From the NCBI GenBank assembly GCA_035525215.1, contig DATLEY010000158.1, positions 1,420 to 65,419 on the forward strand: 64,000 nt of DNA. The letters run 5' to 3'. Position numbers and translations under genes: made by a program. The DNA comes from Thermoanaerobaculia bacterium (GTDB lineage Bacteria > Acidobacteriota > Thermoanaerobaculia > Gp7-AA8). This document shows positions 9,922-20,446 of the stretch, piece after piece. Every line of letters starts with the position of its first letter. Positions within the stretch are counted from its first letter, which is position 1. Under the pieces are notes generated by a model that saw only the letters and a list, made by a program, of their open reading frames with translations, had not been told where the DNA came from and searched no databases.

Positions 9922-11394
9922 CTATTTCTGTACTGCTTTTTTCCCCGCCAGCTCGACTTCTTCGCGGTCGTCGAAATGGATGATCTGGTCGCCCACCACC
10001 TGGTAGGTCTCGTGACCCTTGCCCGCGACGACGACGACACAATCCCGCGAGACCATTTCCACGGCGCGCTCGATGGCCTGCCGGCGATCGGGAACGATCA
10101 GACAATCCTGCCGGCCGGTGCTGCGGTATCCATCTTCGATCTGTCGGATGATCACCAGCGCGTCTTCGCCGCGCGGGTTGTCCGAGGTGATGATGGTGGT
10201 GTCGGCCAGCTTCGCGGCGATCTCTCCCATCAGCGGGCGCTTGCCCGCGTCGCGGTCGCCGCCACAGCCGAACAGGACGACGATTTTTCGCTCCGGCGCG
10301 AGATCGCGCACCGCGCGAAGCAGTTTCTCGAGCGCATCCGGCTTGTGCGCGTAGTCGACGACGACGGTGCCTCCGTCAGCAACCTCGACGCGCTCGAACC
10401 GCCCTCTCACGCTCTGGAGATTGCGGATCCCCTTCTGAATACTCTCCGTGTCCACCCCGGTGACGATGGCCGCTCCGATCGCTCCCATCCAGTTCGAGAG
10501 ATTCGGCCACCCGAGAAGAGGAGAGTCGATCTCGATCTCTCCCGCCGGCGTGATCATCTTTCCGCGCAGTCCGCGGATCGAGACCTCGAAGTTGGCGGCC
10601 GGACGGATGTCGGCGTCGCCAGCGCGGCCGAAGGTCATGGCGGCGCTTCCCAGCTCGGCAGCCAGCGTCCGCCCGTAGGGATCGTCCACGTTGACCACGG
10701 CGGTGCGGCGGCTCCGGTCGATCTGATCGAACAGCATCTTCTTCGCCGCGAAGTAGTCGTCGAAATCACGATGAAAGTCGAAGTGGTCGCGGGAGAGATT
10801 CGTGAAGACGGCGGCCGCGAACGGGACGCCGTGGGTTCTGCGGAGAGCGAGGGCGTGCGAGGAGACCTCCATGACCGCCCGTTTCACGCCGGCTCCAACC
10901 ATGCGCGCGAACCAGCTCTGCAGAACGACGGGATCGGGCGTGGTGCGGTCCGCGATCTCGCGCGACTCGCCGGCCCGGTACTCGATCGTGCCGATGAGAC
11001 CGACCGGCTCTCCCGTGGCGTCGAGGATCGACTCCACCATCTTGGTGGTCGTCGTCTTTCCGGACGTCCCGGTCACGCCGATGAGGGCCAGCGACTCGGC
11101 GGGCCTGCCGTGAAGATTGGCGGCCAGCAGTGCGAGCGCAACTCGCGCGTCCTGCACTTCGATCCACCCTCCCCCATCCCGCTGGCGCGGCTTTTCGGAA
11201 ACGACGCACGCCGCACCCTGCTCGAAGGCCTGGTCGACGAATCTCGCTCCGTCGACCACGAATCCCTGCACGGCGACGAATACCGACCCCGTCGTGACCT
11301 GGCGGGAATCCGCAGTCACCGAGTGGACGTTGGCGTCGCGGTCGGCTCGAACCGAGACGACCGGAACGTCGCGCAGCAGATCTCCGAGCTTCAA
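9922..11394 (-). CDS. murE: UDP-MurNAc-L-Ala-D-Glu--2,6-diaminopimelate ligase MurE
   Basis: Mur ligase (GVTGTSGKTTTTKMV, DYAHKPDALEKLL). The 705-aa ORF has a long Arg/Gly-rich junk N-extension overlapping ftsI. Proposed TTG start at 11394..11392 gives MKLGDLLRDVP…, overlapping the ftsI TGA (TTGA). Confidence 0.88.
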   Translation of the reverse strand: MKLGDLLRDVPVVSVRADRDANVHSVTADSRQVTTGSVFVAVQGFVVDGARFVDQAFEQGAACVVSEKPRQRDGGGWIEVQDARVALALLAANLHGRPAESLALIGVTGTSGKTTTTKMVESILDATGEPVGLIGTIEYRAGESREIADRTTPDPVVLQSWFARMVGAGVKRAVMEVSSHALALRRTHGVPFAAAVFTNLSRDHFDFHRDFDDYFAAKKMLFDQIDRSRRTAVVNVDDPYGRTLAAELGSAAMTFGRAGDADIRPAANFEVSIRGLRGKMITPAGEIEIDSPLLGWPNLSNWMGAIGAAIVTGVDTESIQKGIRNLQSVRGRFERVEVADGGTVVVDYAHKPDALEKLLRAVRDLAPERKIVVLFGCGGDRDAGKRPLMGEIAAKLADTTIITSDNPRGEDALVIIRQIEDGYRSTGRQDCLIVPDRRQAIERAVEMVSRDCVVVVAGKGHETYQVVGDQIIHFDDREEVELAGKKAVQK

Positions 11395-13355
11395 GGAATG
11401 GACCTCCAGGGCGAAAACGACAGTTCGATCACCGGCCGCTTCCCGCTGCCCGGAGAGCCGGGCGCCGGGGACTGGCTGGAGACGACTCCGTGACCGCGCG
11501 TCCGGACTTCGAATCCCGCCTGCGTCGCAGCGGCGACCGCCCGCCTCGCATCCAACCCTCGCAGATCTGGAACGGTGTCCCGGGATTCCGGTCCGCCCCT
11601 TTCGGGACGCGCGGCCGGCTGCCCCCCCCGCTGCGAAAACGCGGCCAATCGAAACGACGGATCGATCCGCAGCTCGCGGCGCGGAATGCTCGGCTCCACT
11701 TCGAGATAACGGAGTGCCGCGTCCGCGATCTCCCGGAAGACCGGCGTCGCTGCCACCCCGCCGTTCGCTCCCCCGTGAGGCTCGTCGATCACCACGAGGA
11801 TCACCAGTCGAGGCCGGTCGGCAGGCGCGTAGCCCGTGAACGAGGCAATCGTTTTCGACGGGTGATATCCCCCGCGCACCGGCTTCTGGGCAGTTCCCGT
11901 TTTTCCCGCGGCGACGTGCTCGGAAGGAGCGGCGGATCGTCCCGTTCCATTGCTGACCACGCTCTTCAGAATCTCGTTCAGGATCGCGCTGGTCCGCTCG
12001 GTCATGATGCGCTGCCCCGAGGGAGCCGCCGGCTGCCACACGACGTTGTCTTTCGGATCGACGACCCGCTCAACGATTCGAGGCTCATGGAGAATGCCGC
12101 CGTTGGCGACGGCGGCCGTGGCGGCCGCCAGTTGCAGCGGAGTCACCGCGATCTCCTGGCCGATCGAGATGACCGCGTTCGAGAGGAGCGACCATCGCTC
12201 CGGCGGACGAAGGATTCCATCCGCTTCACCAGGCAGGCTGACCCCGGTGCGCGAACCGAAGCCGAATTTCCGGACCCAGGAGTAGAAGCGTCGAGGACCG
12301 AGGCTGGTGGCGACCTTGATCGTCCCCACGTTCGAGGATTTCGCCATGACCGTTTCGAAAGGGATCATGCCGAACTTCAGACCATCGTGCTCGCGAATGC
12401 GGACGTCGGCGATCTGAATGCTTCCGTCGCCGCAATCGACGATCTGGGAGGGGGTGACGATTCCCTCCTCGATCGCCGCCGCGGCTGCCACGATCTTGAA
12501 CGTCGAGCCCGGCTCGTACAGATCCTGGACCGGCCGATTGCGCCAGGAGCTCGCGCTGGTGTGGCGGAAGTCGTTCGGATCGAACGTCGGCCAGGAGGCG
12601 AGGGCGAGGATCGATCCGTCGCGCGGATCCATGACCACGACGCTTCCGGCCGGGGCTCTCCACTCCTCGACCGCGCGCCGGAGGGCGCGCTCGGCGATGA
12701 ATTGAATCACCTCGTCGATGGTCAGGACGACGTCGTTGCCATCGACGCTCGAGTTGACACCGTCGCCGCCGACCAGATACATCCCGCGGCGCGCGTCACG
12801 GAGGATCGTGGCTTTCCCCGAACGGCCGCGCGCGTGGCGATCGAAGGAGTGCTCGATGCCGGCGAGTCCCCCGCCGTCGATCGAAACGAAGCCCAGCAGG
12901 TTCGAGGCGAGCGTCCCCTTCGGATAGGACCGGCGATGCTCGTCGAGAAAGTAGATCCCCGGAATCTCCAGAGCCCGTACCAGCTCGGCGGTCTCCGGCG
13001 CAAGCTGGCGCGCCACCCAGGCGAAGGCCCCCCGCCTGCCGAGGCGCTTCTCCAGTTCCCCGGCTGCGCCGATTCCGGGGATTGCCGCGAGCTTTTTCGC
13101 GGCGAGCTTCGGATCCTCGATGGCCTGCGGATCCGCGTAAACGGAAATTCCGGCCACGCTTTCAGCGAGAATCCTTCCCTGACGGTCGAGAATCGAGCCG
13201 CGCACGGCATTCAGCTCGACGGTTCTCTCCTGCTGGCTCGCCGCGCGCTTCACGAACTCGTCGTGACGCACGATCTGGATCTGGACCAGCCGCGCAACCA
13301 CGACTCCCCCCCACAGCGAGAGGATTACGACCAGCAGCGCGACCCGCCGTTTCAT
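11391..13355 (-). CDS. ftsI: Peptidoglycan D,D-transpeptidase FtsI (class B PBP, PBP3-like)
   Basis: 654 aa: N-terminal TM, PBP dimerisation domain, transpeptidase motifs STFK (EPGSTFKIVAAAAA), SSN (AKSSNVG), KTG (AAGKTGTAQK). Confidence 0.9.
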   Translation of the reverse strand: MKRRVALLVVILSLWGGVVVARLVQIQIVRHDEFVKRAASQQERTVELNAVRGSILDRQGRILAESVAGISVYADPQAIEDPKLAAKKLAAIPGIGAAGELEKRLGRRGAFAWVARQLAPETAELVRALEIPGIYFLDEHRRSYPKGTLASNLLGFVSIDGGGLAGIEHSFDRHARGRSGKATILRDARRGMYLVGGDGVNSSVDGNDVVLTIDEVIQFIAERALRRAVEEWRAPAGSVVVMDPRDGSILALASWPTFDPNDFRHTSASSWRNRPVQDLYEPGSTFKIVAAAAAIEEGIVTPSQIVDCGDGSIQIADVRIREHDGLKFGMIPFETVMAKSSNVGTIKVATSLGPRRFYSWVRKFGFGSRTGVSLPGEADGILRPPERWSLLSNAVISIGQEIAVTPLQLAAATAAVANGGILHEPRIVERVVDPKDNVVWQPAAPSGQRIMTERTSAILNEILKSVVSNGTGRSAAPSEHVAAGKTGTAQKPVRGGYHPSKTIASFTGYAPADRPRLVILVVIDEPHGGANGGVAATPVFREIADAALRYLEVEPSIPRRELRIDPSFRLAAFSQRGGQPAARPERGGPESRDTVPDLRGLDARRAVAAATQAGFEVRTRGHGVVSSQSPAPGSPGSGKRPVIELSFSPWRSIP

Positions 13356-13696
13356 CGCGCCCGCTCCAGACGATGCCGGACCGTGACGATCCGCGAGGCG
13401 TCTGTCGCTTCGAGACCGAGAGCGAGGGCTTCACGCTCGACCGCGCCGAGAGACGTCAGGCGCTGGAGCTCGATGCGCAGGGAGCGATTCCGCTGTTTGG
13501 TGGTTTCGCGGATCTCCTGGAGTTCCGTGGCCTGGCGCGCTAGACGGATGACCTGGAGGTTCTGCCAGGTGAACAGGAGCAGAAAGAGTCCCACGGGGAC
13601 GGCGAGGAGAAGCACCGCGAGCAGTTCACGGAATCGCTCCCGATCGCGCTCCCGCACAATGTGGGTATTCTCGATTGGTTTCTTCTGTGTATACAT
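13352..13696 (-). CDS. ftsL: Cell division protein FtsL (small bitopic coiled-coil protein)
   Basis: 114 aa, single TM (LLAVLLLAVPVGLFLLLFTW) followed by a coiled-coil. ATGA overlap with the ftsI start. Lies between rsmH and ftsI as in canonical dcw. Confidence 0.6.
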   Translation of the reverse strand: MYTQKKPIENTHIVRERDRERFRELLAVLLLAVPVGLFLLLFTWQNLQVIRLARQATELQEIRETTKQRNRSLRIELQRLTSLGAVEREALALGLEATDASRIVTVRHRLERAR

Positions 13697-13897
13697 CGCG
13701 CCCTTGCCGAACCAAAAAACAAGGGTGAAGATCTGCCTGCCGGCAGAGCTCGAGACGACTTACCCACGCACCCACCCCTCACGCGCCACCCCTCCCGTGT
13801 CGACTCGGGCCCCCACACGCTCCCGCCCTTCCCCGACCTTCACCCTTGCTCTTTGCTTCCGCGCCGAGCAAGTCCGGCTCTTCGCCGGCACCACTCC

Positions 13898-14839
13898 TCA
13901 CACCTTTTCACCAACCCTCAGCTTCGCGCTTCGAGACCTCGGGTTGTTCTTCGACTCTTCCTCTCCCGCCTCCACCGGCCGCCGTGTCACGGAACGCAGC
14001 GTCTGCCGCGCGCCGCAGCCGCACACCGGCATGTCCGGCGGGCAGGTGCACTCTCCCTCGAGCCGCCGGAACGCCCGCTTGACGATCCGGTCCTCGAGAG
14101 AATGAAAGGAGATGACGGCGATCCGTCCTCGCATGACCAGCGCCCCGACGCCCGCTTCGACAAATGCATCGAGGCCGACCAGCTCCTCGTTCGTGGCGAT
14201 GCGGAGGGCCTGAAACGTGAGCGTGGCCGGATCGATCCGGCTTCCGCGCGCGTGCTTCACCGAGCGGATCACCTCGGCGAGGCGCCCCGTCGTGAGGAGC
14301 GGCGTTTCCTCCCGCGCCCTGACGATGGCCCGCGCGATCGGCCCCGCGAAGGGCTCTTCTCCCCACCGCCGGAAGATTCTCGCGAGCTCGCGCTCGTCGA
14401 GATGGTTCACCAGATCCGCCGCCGTCGGTCCCTCGCTTCCCATCCTCATGTCGAGGGGCGCGTCGAAGCGGAACGAAAAGCCCCGCTCCCCGTCGTCGAG
14501 CTGCATCGACGAAACGCCGAGATCCGCGAGAAGGAGGTCGATCGTTTCGACCGCCTCTCCTTTCAGAATGTCAATGAGCGCTTCGTGCCGTCCTTCCACG
14601 AGACGGACACGGTTTCCGAACGGCGCGAGCCGCTCGCGCGCAATCGGCAGGGCTCGCGGGTCGCGATCAATCGCGATGAGCCGCGCATCGGGCCAGCGCT
14701 CCAACAGCGCCGCGCTGTGCCCTCCCAGGCCGACCGTCGCATCGACGAGGACCCCATGGGGCCTCGCCGGAATCGCGAGCTCGACCACCTCCCTCAAAAG
14801 AACAGGGTCGTGACGACGACCATCGACCTCTTCGACCAT
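13898..14839 (-). CDS. rsmH: 16S rRNA (cytosine1402-N4)-methyltransferase RsmH (MraW)
   Basis: C-terminal 314 aa of the 504-aa ORF: MVEEVDGRRHDPVLLREVVELAI…VDATVGLGGHSAALLE…FHSLEDRIVK (SAM MTase, RsmH signature). The upstream 190 aa of the ORF is Arg/Gly-rich junk. Confidence 0.88.
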   Translation of the reverse strand: MVEEVDGRRHDPVLLREVVELAIPARPHGVLVDATVGLGGHSAALLERWPDARLIAIDRDPRALPIARERLAPFGNRVRLVEGRHEALIDILKGEAVETIDLLLADLGVSSMQLDDGERGFSFRFDAPLDMRMGSEGPTAADLVNHLDERELARIFRRWGEEPFAGPIARAIVRAREETPLLTTGRLAEVIRSVKHARGSRIDPATLTFQALRIATNEELVGLDAFVEAGVGALVMRGRIAVISFHSLEDRIVKRAFRRLEGECTCPPDMPVCGCGARQTLRSVTRRPVEAGEEESKNNPRSRSAKLRVGEKV

Positions 14840-14904
14840 CCGCAGGATCACTCCGCCCGAGGTCTCGGAACGGCGCCCGGAAGGCGCTGTTCCCGGATCT
14901 CGCG

Positions 14905-15366
14905 CTAGATCCCGTGCAACTCCAGCTCCTTCCAGTCCTCCGCCGTGATCGGGTTGTCCGTCAGGCGCTTCGCGACCTTCGATTCGTTCCAGACCACCAG
15001 GTGATCGTTGTTTCCCAGGACCACGACGTCGTCGACGATTCCGGCAACCGTGCGGAGCACGGCAGGAACGAGAAGCCGCCCCTGAGCGTCCATGCTCGCG
15101 AGCTGGCCGAAGTAAGCCAGCCGCTCGGCGAGCTTCCTCCGCGCGGGGGAGGTCGACGGCATTTTGGCCAGCCGTCCCTGAAAGTCCTGCCATACCGGCA
15201 GCGGATAGATGATGCCGCTCTCCCCATCCATCGACGTGATGTAGCAGTCCGCGCCGAACCTCTCCTCGAGGATCGTTCGGAAGGCGTTGGGAACCTTGAT
15301 CCGTCCCTTCTCGTCGACCTTCGCAGGGGCGTGCCCCATCAGGGCGCTGACTTCCACGGGCGTCAT
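14905..15366 (-). CDS. mraZ: Transcriptional regulator MraZ
   Basis: 153 aa with two MraZ/AbrB-like halves (DEKGRIKVP…, DAQGRLLVPAVLR). First gene of the dcw cluster. Start may instead be the internal M10 (MGHAPAKVDEKGR). Confidence 0.8.
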   Translation of the reverse strand: MTPVEVSALMGHAPAKVDEKGRIKVPNAFRTILEERFGADCYITSMDGESGIIYPLPVWQDFQGRLAKMPSTSPARRKLAERLAYFGQLASMDAQGRLLVPAVLRTVAGIVDDVVVLGNNDHLVVWNESKVAKRLTDNPITAEDWKELELHGI

Positions 15367-15429
15367 GGGTTAATTTCGAGAAAACGTACCACTTCACTCC
15401 ACTAGTGTCCACATAATTCCACCAAACGA

Positions 15430-16100
15430 AGACGGCGAGGCGCGAATGGGGCGGAAGTGGGGTGGGAGGAAAAGTCCCGTCCGTTGAGCGCTCCTCGTGC
15501 GGGAACCAAAGTCAAAAACCGGGCACGGGCACGGGCGCGTTCACGTTCACGGCCGGCATAGTGGCGGGCGGCGTCTCGCCGCCCAGCCGAATTCGCGGAG
15601 CTGAATTAACCCCGAGCGCTTCGCGCGCGCAGCCGGCTGAAAGCCGGCGCCACAGAGGCCGGGGCTGAGGCACGGCCGGCAGAGTGGCGGGCGGCGTCCC
15701 GCCGCCCAGCCGGATTCGCGGAGCTGGATCAGAACCCGTTCTTAAGGTCGGCGCCCGGAGATAGACCGTTGCCGTTGCCGTTGCCGTTGACGGCTGTTGA
15801 GCCCATCCTGCGACGAACCAAAGTCAAAAACCGTTCACGGGCACGGGCGCGTTCACGCTCACGGGTAGAACCCGTGAGCCTGCGCATGCATGGCGACCGG
15901 CCGGAGGCCGGCGGTACTTTGGCTTCGCGTGAGCCTGCACGTGCATGGCGACCGGCCGGAGGCCAGCGGTACTTTGGCTTCGCGTGAGCCTGCGCATGCA
16001 TGGCGACCGGCCGGAGGCCGGCGGTACTCTCTGGCCGTCCTCAACTGGGAACTCGGAACTCGGAACTAACAACTAACACATCACAACTAACAACCAACAA
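15430..16100. repeat. Composite intergenic mosaic-repeat region upstream of mraZ (modules A, D x2, (GCCGTT)4, A, 55-bp tandem x3, heptamer microsatellite arm)
   Basis: Directly visible. Module A GTCAAAAACCGGGCACGGGCACG..TTCACGTTCACGG at ~15503 and ~15811. Hairpin unit D (GGCGGGCGGCGTCTCGCCGCCCAGCC) at ~15551 and ~15669. GCCGTT x4 at ~15767. 55-bp unit GTGAGCCTGCGCATGCATGGCGACCGGCCGGAGGCCGGCGGTACTTTGGCTTCGC x3 at 15874..16030. (GGAACTC)n(AACAACT)n at 16040..16095. Confidence 0.85.
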
Positions 16101-16640
16101 CTACTTCATCATCTTCTTGATCGCCTTGATGACGTCGCTCGCGACCATGCCATCGGCGGACTTCAGCACGTTGCGGATCATCTCCAGCAAGTCGCCGCTT
16201 CCGCTCCAGTGCTCCCGCAGAATCTCCTCGTCGGTGTCGATGAGCATCCGGTTCAGAACGTAGACGCCGAATATCAGGTCGTCGATGTAGCCGATCGGCC
16301 CGAAGATGGCCTCGGGCATGATGTCGAGAGGAAAGATGAAATACGCGATGGCCGTTCCGAGAAGGACCTTGTTCTTCCCGCTGACCCGGTCGTCCTGCGT
16401 GAGCCGCCAGAGCAGAATGAACACATCCGGCGCAAAAAAGAGAAACTCATTGGCCTTGGAGCCCGCCTTCCCTCCCTTGGCGAGATACCCCCGGACGGCC
16501 TCTCTCAGCCGATCGTAGAACCGGCTCGCCTTCGCCTCCGAAACCGGCGGCTCCTCTCCTGCTTCCCGCAGCGTCTCGGCGAGCAACACCTCCGCTTCGC
16601 GGGCGTCCGATCCTTCTCCACGTTTCTCCTGTTCGTTCAT
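16101..16640 (-). CDS. DUF1232 (YkvA-like) membrane protein
   Basis: 179 aa. The motif [36 protein letters not shown] matches the DUF1232 signature (…DLIPDFIPVIGYLDD…). Confidence 0.6.
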   Translation of the reverse strand: MNEQEKRGEGSDAREAEVLLAETLREAGEEPPVSEAKASRFYDRLREAVRGYLAKGGKAGSKANEFLFFAPDVFILLWRLTQDDRVSGKNKVLLGTAIAYFIFPLDIMPEAIFGPIGYIDDLIFGVYVLNRMLIDTDEEILREHWSGSGDLLEMIRNVLKSADGMVASDVIKAIKKMMK

Positions 16641-17119
16641 TGAAATCCTCCAGACGGTTCCGGCAGATCCGCGCCGCCGGGCCCCATCGTCACGGCGACG
16701 CCGCCGGCGACGAAACGGATTGCTTCGATCTCCACTTCGACGAAATCAGGCAAGAAGCGATCCAGCGCGATGATCACTCCCCGCTCCTTGGGGTCGACCG
16801 TAACTCCGTCTACCGCCGCGAATCCCTCGGCGACTCGAAAGAGGAGCGAGGGGACGGGAAGGAATCCGAGCACCGAGAGATCCTCGATCGGGATCCTCGC
16901 GATCCTGCCCTCCAGACGGACGCGGCGCAGCGTGAATCGGAACGGGATCGGCAGCCCCTTGCGGAGCGTACCCTCCGCGATCGCCATCCCCTCACGGAAC
17001 TCGAGCCTGTCGAGGGAGACCGGTACTCGTTTCGCGGCGAGCATGCGCCGTGCGAGCAGGGCCAGCTTCTCGCCTCGCATGCGGAGCTCGAGGCGATCCC
17101 AGGAGAGAAGACGATCCAT
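16637..17119 (-). CDS. Hypothetical protein (160 aa)
   Basis: Complete ORF with a 4-bp overlap to the downstream DUF1232 gene. No recognisable motif. Confidence 0.4.
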   Translation of the reverse strand: MDRLLSWDRLELRMRGEKLALLARRMLAAKRVPVSLDRLEFREGMAIAEGTLRKGLPIPFRFTLRRVRLEGRIARIPIEDLSVLGFLPVPSLLFRVAEGFAAVDGVTVDPKERGVIIALDRFLPDFVEVEIEAIRFVAGGVAVTMGPGGADLPEPSGGFQ

Positions 17120-17218
17120 CGGCGGATTCTATCGTCTCCGAGCGCCCGGTCGCACGACTCGGACGAGCCCGATTCATCGCCGGCTCCGGTCAATCAATCC
17201 GTTATGATTCCGGCCGCA

Positions 17219-20200
17219 ATGCCCCGGCGGACCGACCTCTCCAAGATTCTCGTCATCGGATCCGGTCCCATCGTCATCGGTCAGGCGTGCGAATTCGACT
17301 ATTCGGGAACGCAGGCCTGCAAGGCTCTGCGGGACGAGGGGTACCAGATCGTCCTGGTGAACTCCAATCCCGCGACGATCATGACGGACCCGGAACTGGC
17401 CGACCGCACCTACGTCGAGCCTCTCACCGTGGAGACCCTCGAGAAGATCATCGAGCGCGAGCGCCCCGACGCGATCCTGCCGACGGTGGGAGGGCAGACG
17501 GCGATCAATCTGGCCAAGGCTCTGATGGAGGAGGGAATTCTCGAAAAGTACGGCGTCGAGCTGATCGGCGCGAGCTACGAAGCGATCAACCTGGCCGAGG
17601 ATCGTCAGCTGTTCAAGGACAAGATGATCGAGATCGGCGTCGACGTGCCGAAGTCGGCTCACGTCGAGACGTTCGAAGGAGCGCTGGCCTTCGTCGGCGA
17701 CTCCAGCTATCCGGTGGTCGTCCGTCCTTCCTTCACGCTGGGAGGAAGCGGAGGGGGCATCGCCTACAACGTGGATGAGCTGAAGGAGATCGTGACCAGG
17801 GGACTGGCGCTCTCCCCGGTTCACAAGGTCCTCATCGAGGAGTCGCTCATCGGCTGGAAGGAATTCGAGCTCGAGGTGATGCGCGACAAAGCGGACAACG
17901 TGATCATCGTCTGCTCGATCGAGAATCTCGATCCCATGGGCGTGCATACCGGAGACTCGATCACCGTGGCGCCGCAGCAGACGCTCTCGAACGTCGAATA
18001 TCAGGCCATGCGCGATGACGCGAAGAAGATCATCCGCGCGATCGGCGTCGAGACGGGAGGGTCGAACATCCAGTTCGCCGTCGACCCGGCCTCGGGGCGT
18101 CGCGTCGCGATCGAGATGAATCCCCGGGTTTCGCGCTCCTCGGCGCTGGCGTCCAAGGCCACGGGGTTTCCGATCGCCAAGTTCGCGGCGAAGCTCGCGG
18201 CCGGATACACGCTCGACGAGATTCCCAATGACATCACCAGGAAGACGCCGGCCTCGTTCGAGCCCGCGATCGATTACGTCGTCGTGAAGATTCCCCGCTT
18301 CGCGTTCGAGAAGTTTCCGAACACGACGCCGCTCCTCGGGCTCTCGATGCAATCGGTCGGCGAGGTCATGGCGATCGGCCGCTCCTTCAACGAAGCGCTG
18401 CAGAAAGGTCTCCGCTCGCTCGAGACCGGGCTCTCGGGGCTGGAGCCTCAGGCGGGCGGGGGGACCCCGCAGCAGATTCTCGACTCACTGCGGACGCCGA
18501 CGCCGAACCGTCTCCTCGCGGTCGGCGACGCCATCCGCGCCGGAATCTCCATCGACGAGATCTACGCGGCTTCCGCGATCGATCCCTGGTTCCTGGTCCA
18601 TCTGCAATCGATCGTCAGCATGGAATCGGAGATCCGCGAACATGCCGCCCGAGTCGCGGCCGGAGACGGCGCCCTCGGACCGATGCTCTTCCATTGGAAG
18701 CGGGAAGGGTTCAGCGACCGGCAGATCTCGCTCCTGACGTCGACCACGGAAGCGCACGTGCGTGCGTTCCGCCAGAAGATCGGCATCCGGCCGGTGTACA
18801 AGCGCGTCGATACCTGCGCCGCCGAGTTCATGGCCTCGACGCCGTATCTCTATTCGACCTACGAGCGGGAGAACGAGGCCGAGCCGACCGACCGGCGGAA
18901 GGTGATCATTCTCGGCTCCGGCCCCAACCGCATCGGCCAGGGGATCGAGTTCGACGCCTGCTGCGTGCATGCCTCCTTCGGGCTGCAGGAGATCGGTTTC
19001 GAGACGATCATGATCAACTGCAATCCCGAGACGGTCTCCACGGATTACGACACGTCGGATCGCCTCTATTTCGAGCCGCTGACCCTGGAGGACGTCCTCG
19101 AGATCATCGACCTCGAGAAGCCGGAAGGTGTGATCGTCCAATTCGGCGGCCAGACCCCTCTCAAGCTCGCAAACGACCTGGCAGCGGCAGGGGCCCCGCT
19201 CTGGGGAACCTCCACGAACTCGATCGATCTCGCGGAAGACCGCGACCGTTTCGGCAAGCTCCTGAATGAAGCGGGGATCCCGGTTCCTCCACATGGAGTC
19301 GCGAGCACGGAAGACGAGGCGGCCGCCTGTGGGGAGCGCATCGGATATCCGGTCGTGGTGCGCCCCTCGTACGTCCTCGGTGGGCGGGCCATGGCCATCG
19401 TCTGGGACGAGCCGACATTGCGCCGCTACGTGCGGAGCGCGGTGGACGTGGCTCCGGAGCGACCCGTGCTGATCGACCGTTTTCTCGAGAACGCATTCGA
19501 GGTCGACGTGGACGCGATCTCCGACGGAAAGCGCGTGGTGATCGCGGGGGTGATGCAGCACATCGAGGAAGCGGGGATCCACTCGGGGGACTCCACGACC
19601 GTCATCCCGCCGTACATGATCTCGCAGCGCGACCAGGACCGGATCCGGCGGCGCACCGTGCAGCTGGCCAGGCTCCTCGACGTCGTCGGACTCATGAACA
19701 TTCAGTTCGCCATCGCCGGCGATGAGCTCTACGTCCTCGAGGTGAACCCCCGCGCATCGCGAACCATCCCGTACGTCTCGAAAGCGGCGGGGATCCGATT
19801 CGCCTGGCTCGCCGCGCAAGTCATGAGCGGAAAGTCACTGGAAGAGCTCGGGCTGACTTCCGAGCCGCGTATTGGCCGCTACTACGTCAAGGCTCCCGTC
19901 TTCGCCTTCAATCGTTTTCCGAAGGAAGACACGGTTCTCGGCCCGGAGATGAAGTCGACCGGCGAGGTGATGGGGAGCTCGCATCATTTCGGCGAGGCGT
20001 ACGCCAAGGCGTTTCTAGGGGCCGGGGTGCGACTCCCGATGGGAGGAACGGCATTTCTCTCGGTGAACGAGAACGACAAGAAGCCGCTGATCGCGCAATT
20101 GGCCCGGGAGCTGGGAGAGCTGGGGTTCGCGCTCATCGCATCGCGCGGGACGCGCGACTTCCTGGCGACTCACGGCGTTTCGTCCGAGCTCGTTCTGAAG

Positions 20201-20446
20201 GTCCACGAGGGACGACCCAACATCGTCGACAAGATGATCAACGACGAGATCGCGCTGATCATCAACACTCCATTCGGCCGGAGCGCCTTCTACGACGACA
20301 CCTACATCCGGAAGAACGCGCTGCAGCGAGGAATCCCCTGCATCACCACCCTCTCCGCCGCGGCCGCATCGGTCGAGGGCATCCGCGCGCTCCAGTCCGG
20401 CGCCACGACGGTGTCGACCCTTCAGGAACATCACGGAAAAAAGTGA
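17219..20446 (+). CDS. carB: Carbamoyl-phosphate synthase large subunit CarB
   Basis: ORF 16640..20446. True start [33 protein letters not shown] at ATG 17219, giving 1075 aa. Two ATP-grasp halves plus C-terminal MGS-like domain. carA is not adjacent. Confidence 0.93.
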   Translation: MPRRTDLSKILVIGSGPIVIGQACEFDYSGTQACKALRDEGYQIVLVNSNPATIMTDPELADRTYVEPLTVETLEKIIERERPDAILPTVGGQTAINLAKALMEEGILEKYGVELIGASYEAINLAEDRQLFKDKMIEIGVDVPKSAHVETFEGALAFVGDSSYPVVVRPSFTLGGSGGGIAYNVDELKEIVTRGLALSPVHKVLIEESLIGWKEFELEVMRDKADNVIIVCSIENLDPMGVHTGDSITVAPQQTLSNVEYQAMRDDAKKIIRAIGVETGGSNIQFAVDPASGRRVAIEMNPRVSRSSALASKATGFPIAKFAAKLAAGYTLDEIPNDITRKTPASFEPAIDYVVVKIPRFAFEKFPNTTPLLGLSMQSVGEVMAIGRSFNEALQKGLRSLETGLSGLEPQAGGGTPQQILDSLRTPTPNRLLAVGDAIRAGISIDEIYAASAIDPWFLVHLQSIVSMESEIREHAARVAAGDGALGPMLFHWKREGFSDRQISLLTSTTEAHVRAFRQKIGIRPVYKRVDTCAAEFMASTPYLYSTYERENEAEPTDRRKVIILGSGPNRIGQGIEFDACCVHASFGLQEIGFETIMINCNPETVSTDYDTSDRLYFEPLTLEDVLEIIDLEKPEGVIVQFGGQTPLKLANDLAAAGAPLWGTSTNSIDLAEDRDRFGKLLNEAGIPVPPHGVASTEDEAAACGERIGYPVVVRPSYVLGGRAMAIVWDEPTLRRYVRSAVDVAPERPVLIDRFLENAFEVDVDAISDGKRVVIAGVMQHIEEAGIHSGDSTTVIPPYMISQRDQDRIRRRTVQLARLLDVVGLMNIQFAIAGDELYVLEVNPRASRTIPYVSKAAGIRFAWLAAQVMSGKSLEELGLTSEPRIGRYYVKAPVFAFNRFPKEDTVLGPEMKSTGEVMGSSHHFGEAYAKAFLGAGVRLPMGGTAFLSVNENDKKPLIAQLARELGELGFALIASRGTRDFLATHGVSSELVLKVHEGRPNIVDKMINDEIALIINTPFGRSAFYDDTYIRKNALQRGIPCITTLSAAAASVEGIRALQSGATTVSTLQEHHGKK

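Noticed and set aside
11490-14105. 871-aa plus-strand ORF, plus other very long ORFs antisense to real genes (e.g. 58760..61807 + 1015 aa, 41909..43438 - 509 aa, 9871..11493 + 540 aa, 1953..3575 + 540 aa)
   Set aside because: Arg/Gly/Pro-rich low-complexity translations typical of stop-poor antisense frames in high-GC DNA. Each overlaps a well-supported conserved gene on the other strand.
14840-15412. 190-aa N-terminal extension of the rsmH ORF (and similar extensions on ftsQ, ftsW, murE, amidase, carB ORFs)
   Set aside because: Extensions are compositionally biased junk overlapping upstream genes. Conserved domains begin at internal Met/TTG codons with better initiation context.
15729-16072. 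Three overlapping minus-strand ORFs (82-90 aa) with repeated ASGRSPCMRRLT segments
   Set aside because: They are read-through of the 55-bp tandem DNA repeat, so the periodic peptide only reflects DNA repetition. No start or SD context.
15430-16100. Possible CRISPR array
   Set aside because: Repeats are heterogeneous modules without constant-length unique spacers, and no cas genes are nearby. They are consistent with REP/BIME/MITE-like elements instead.
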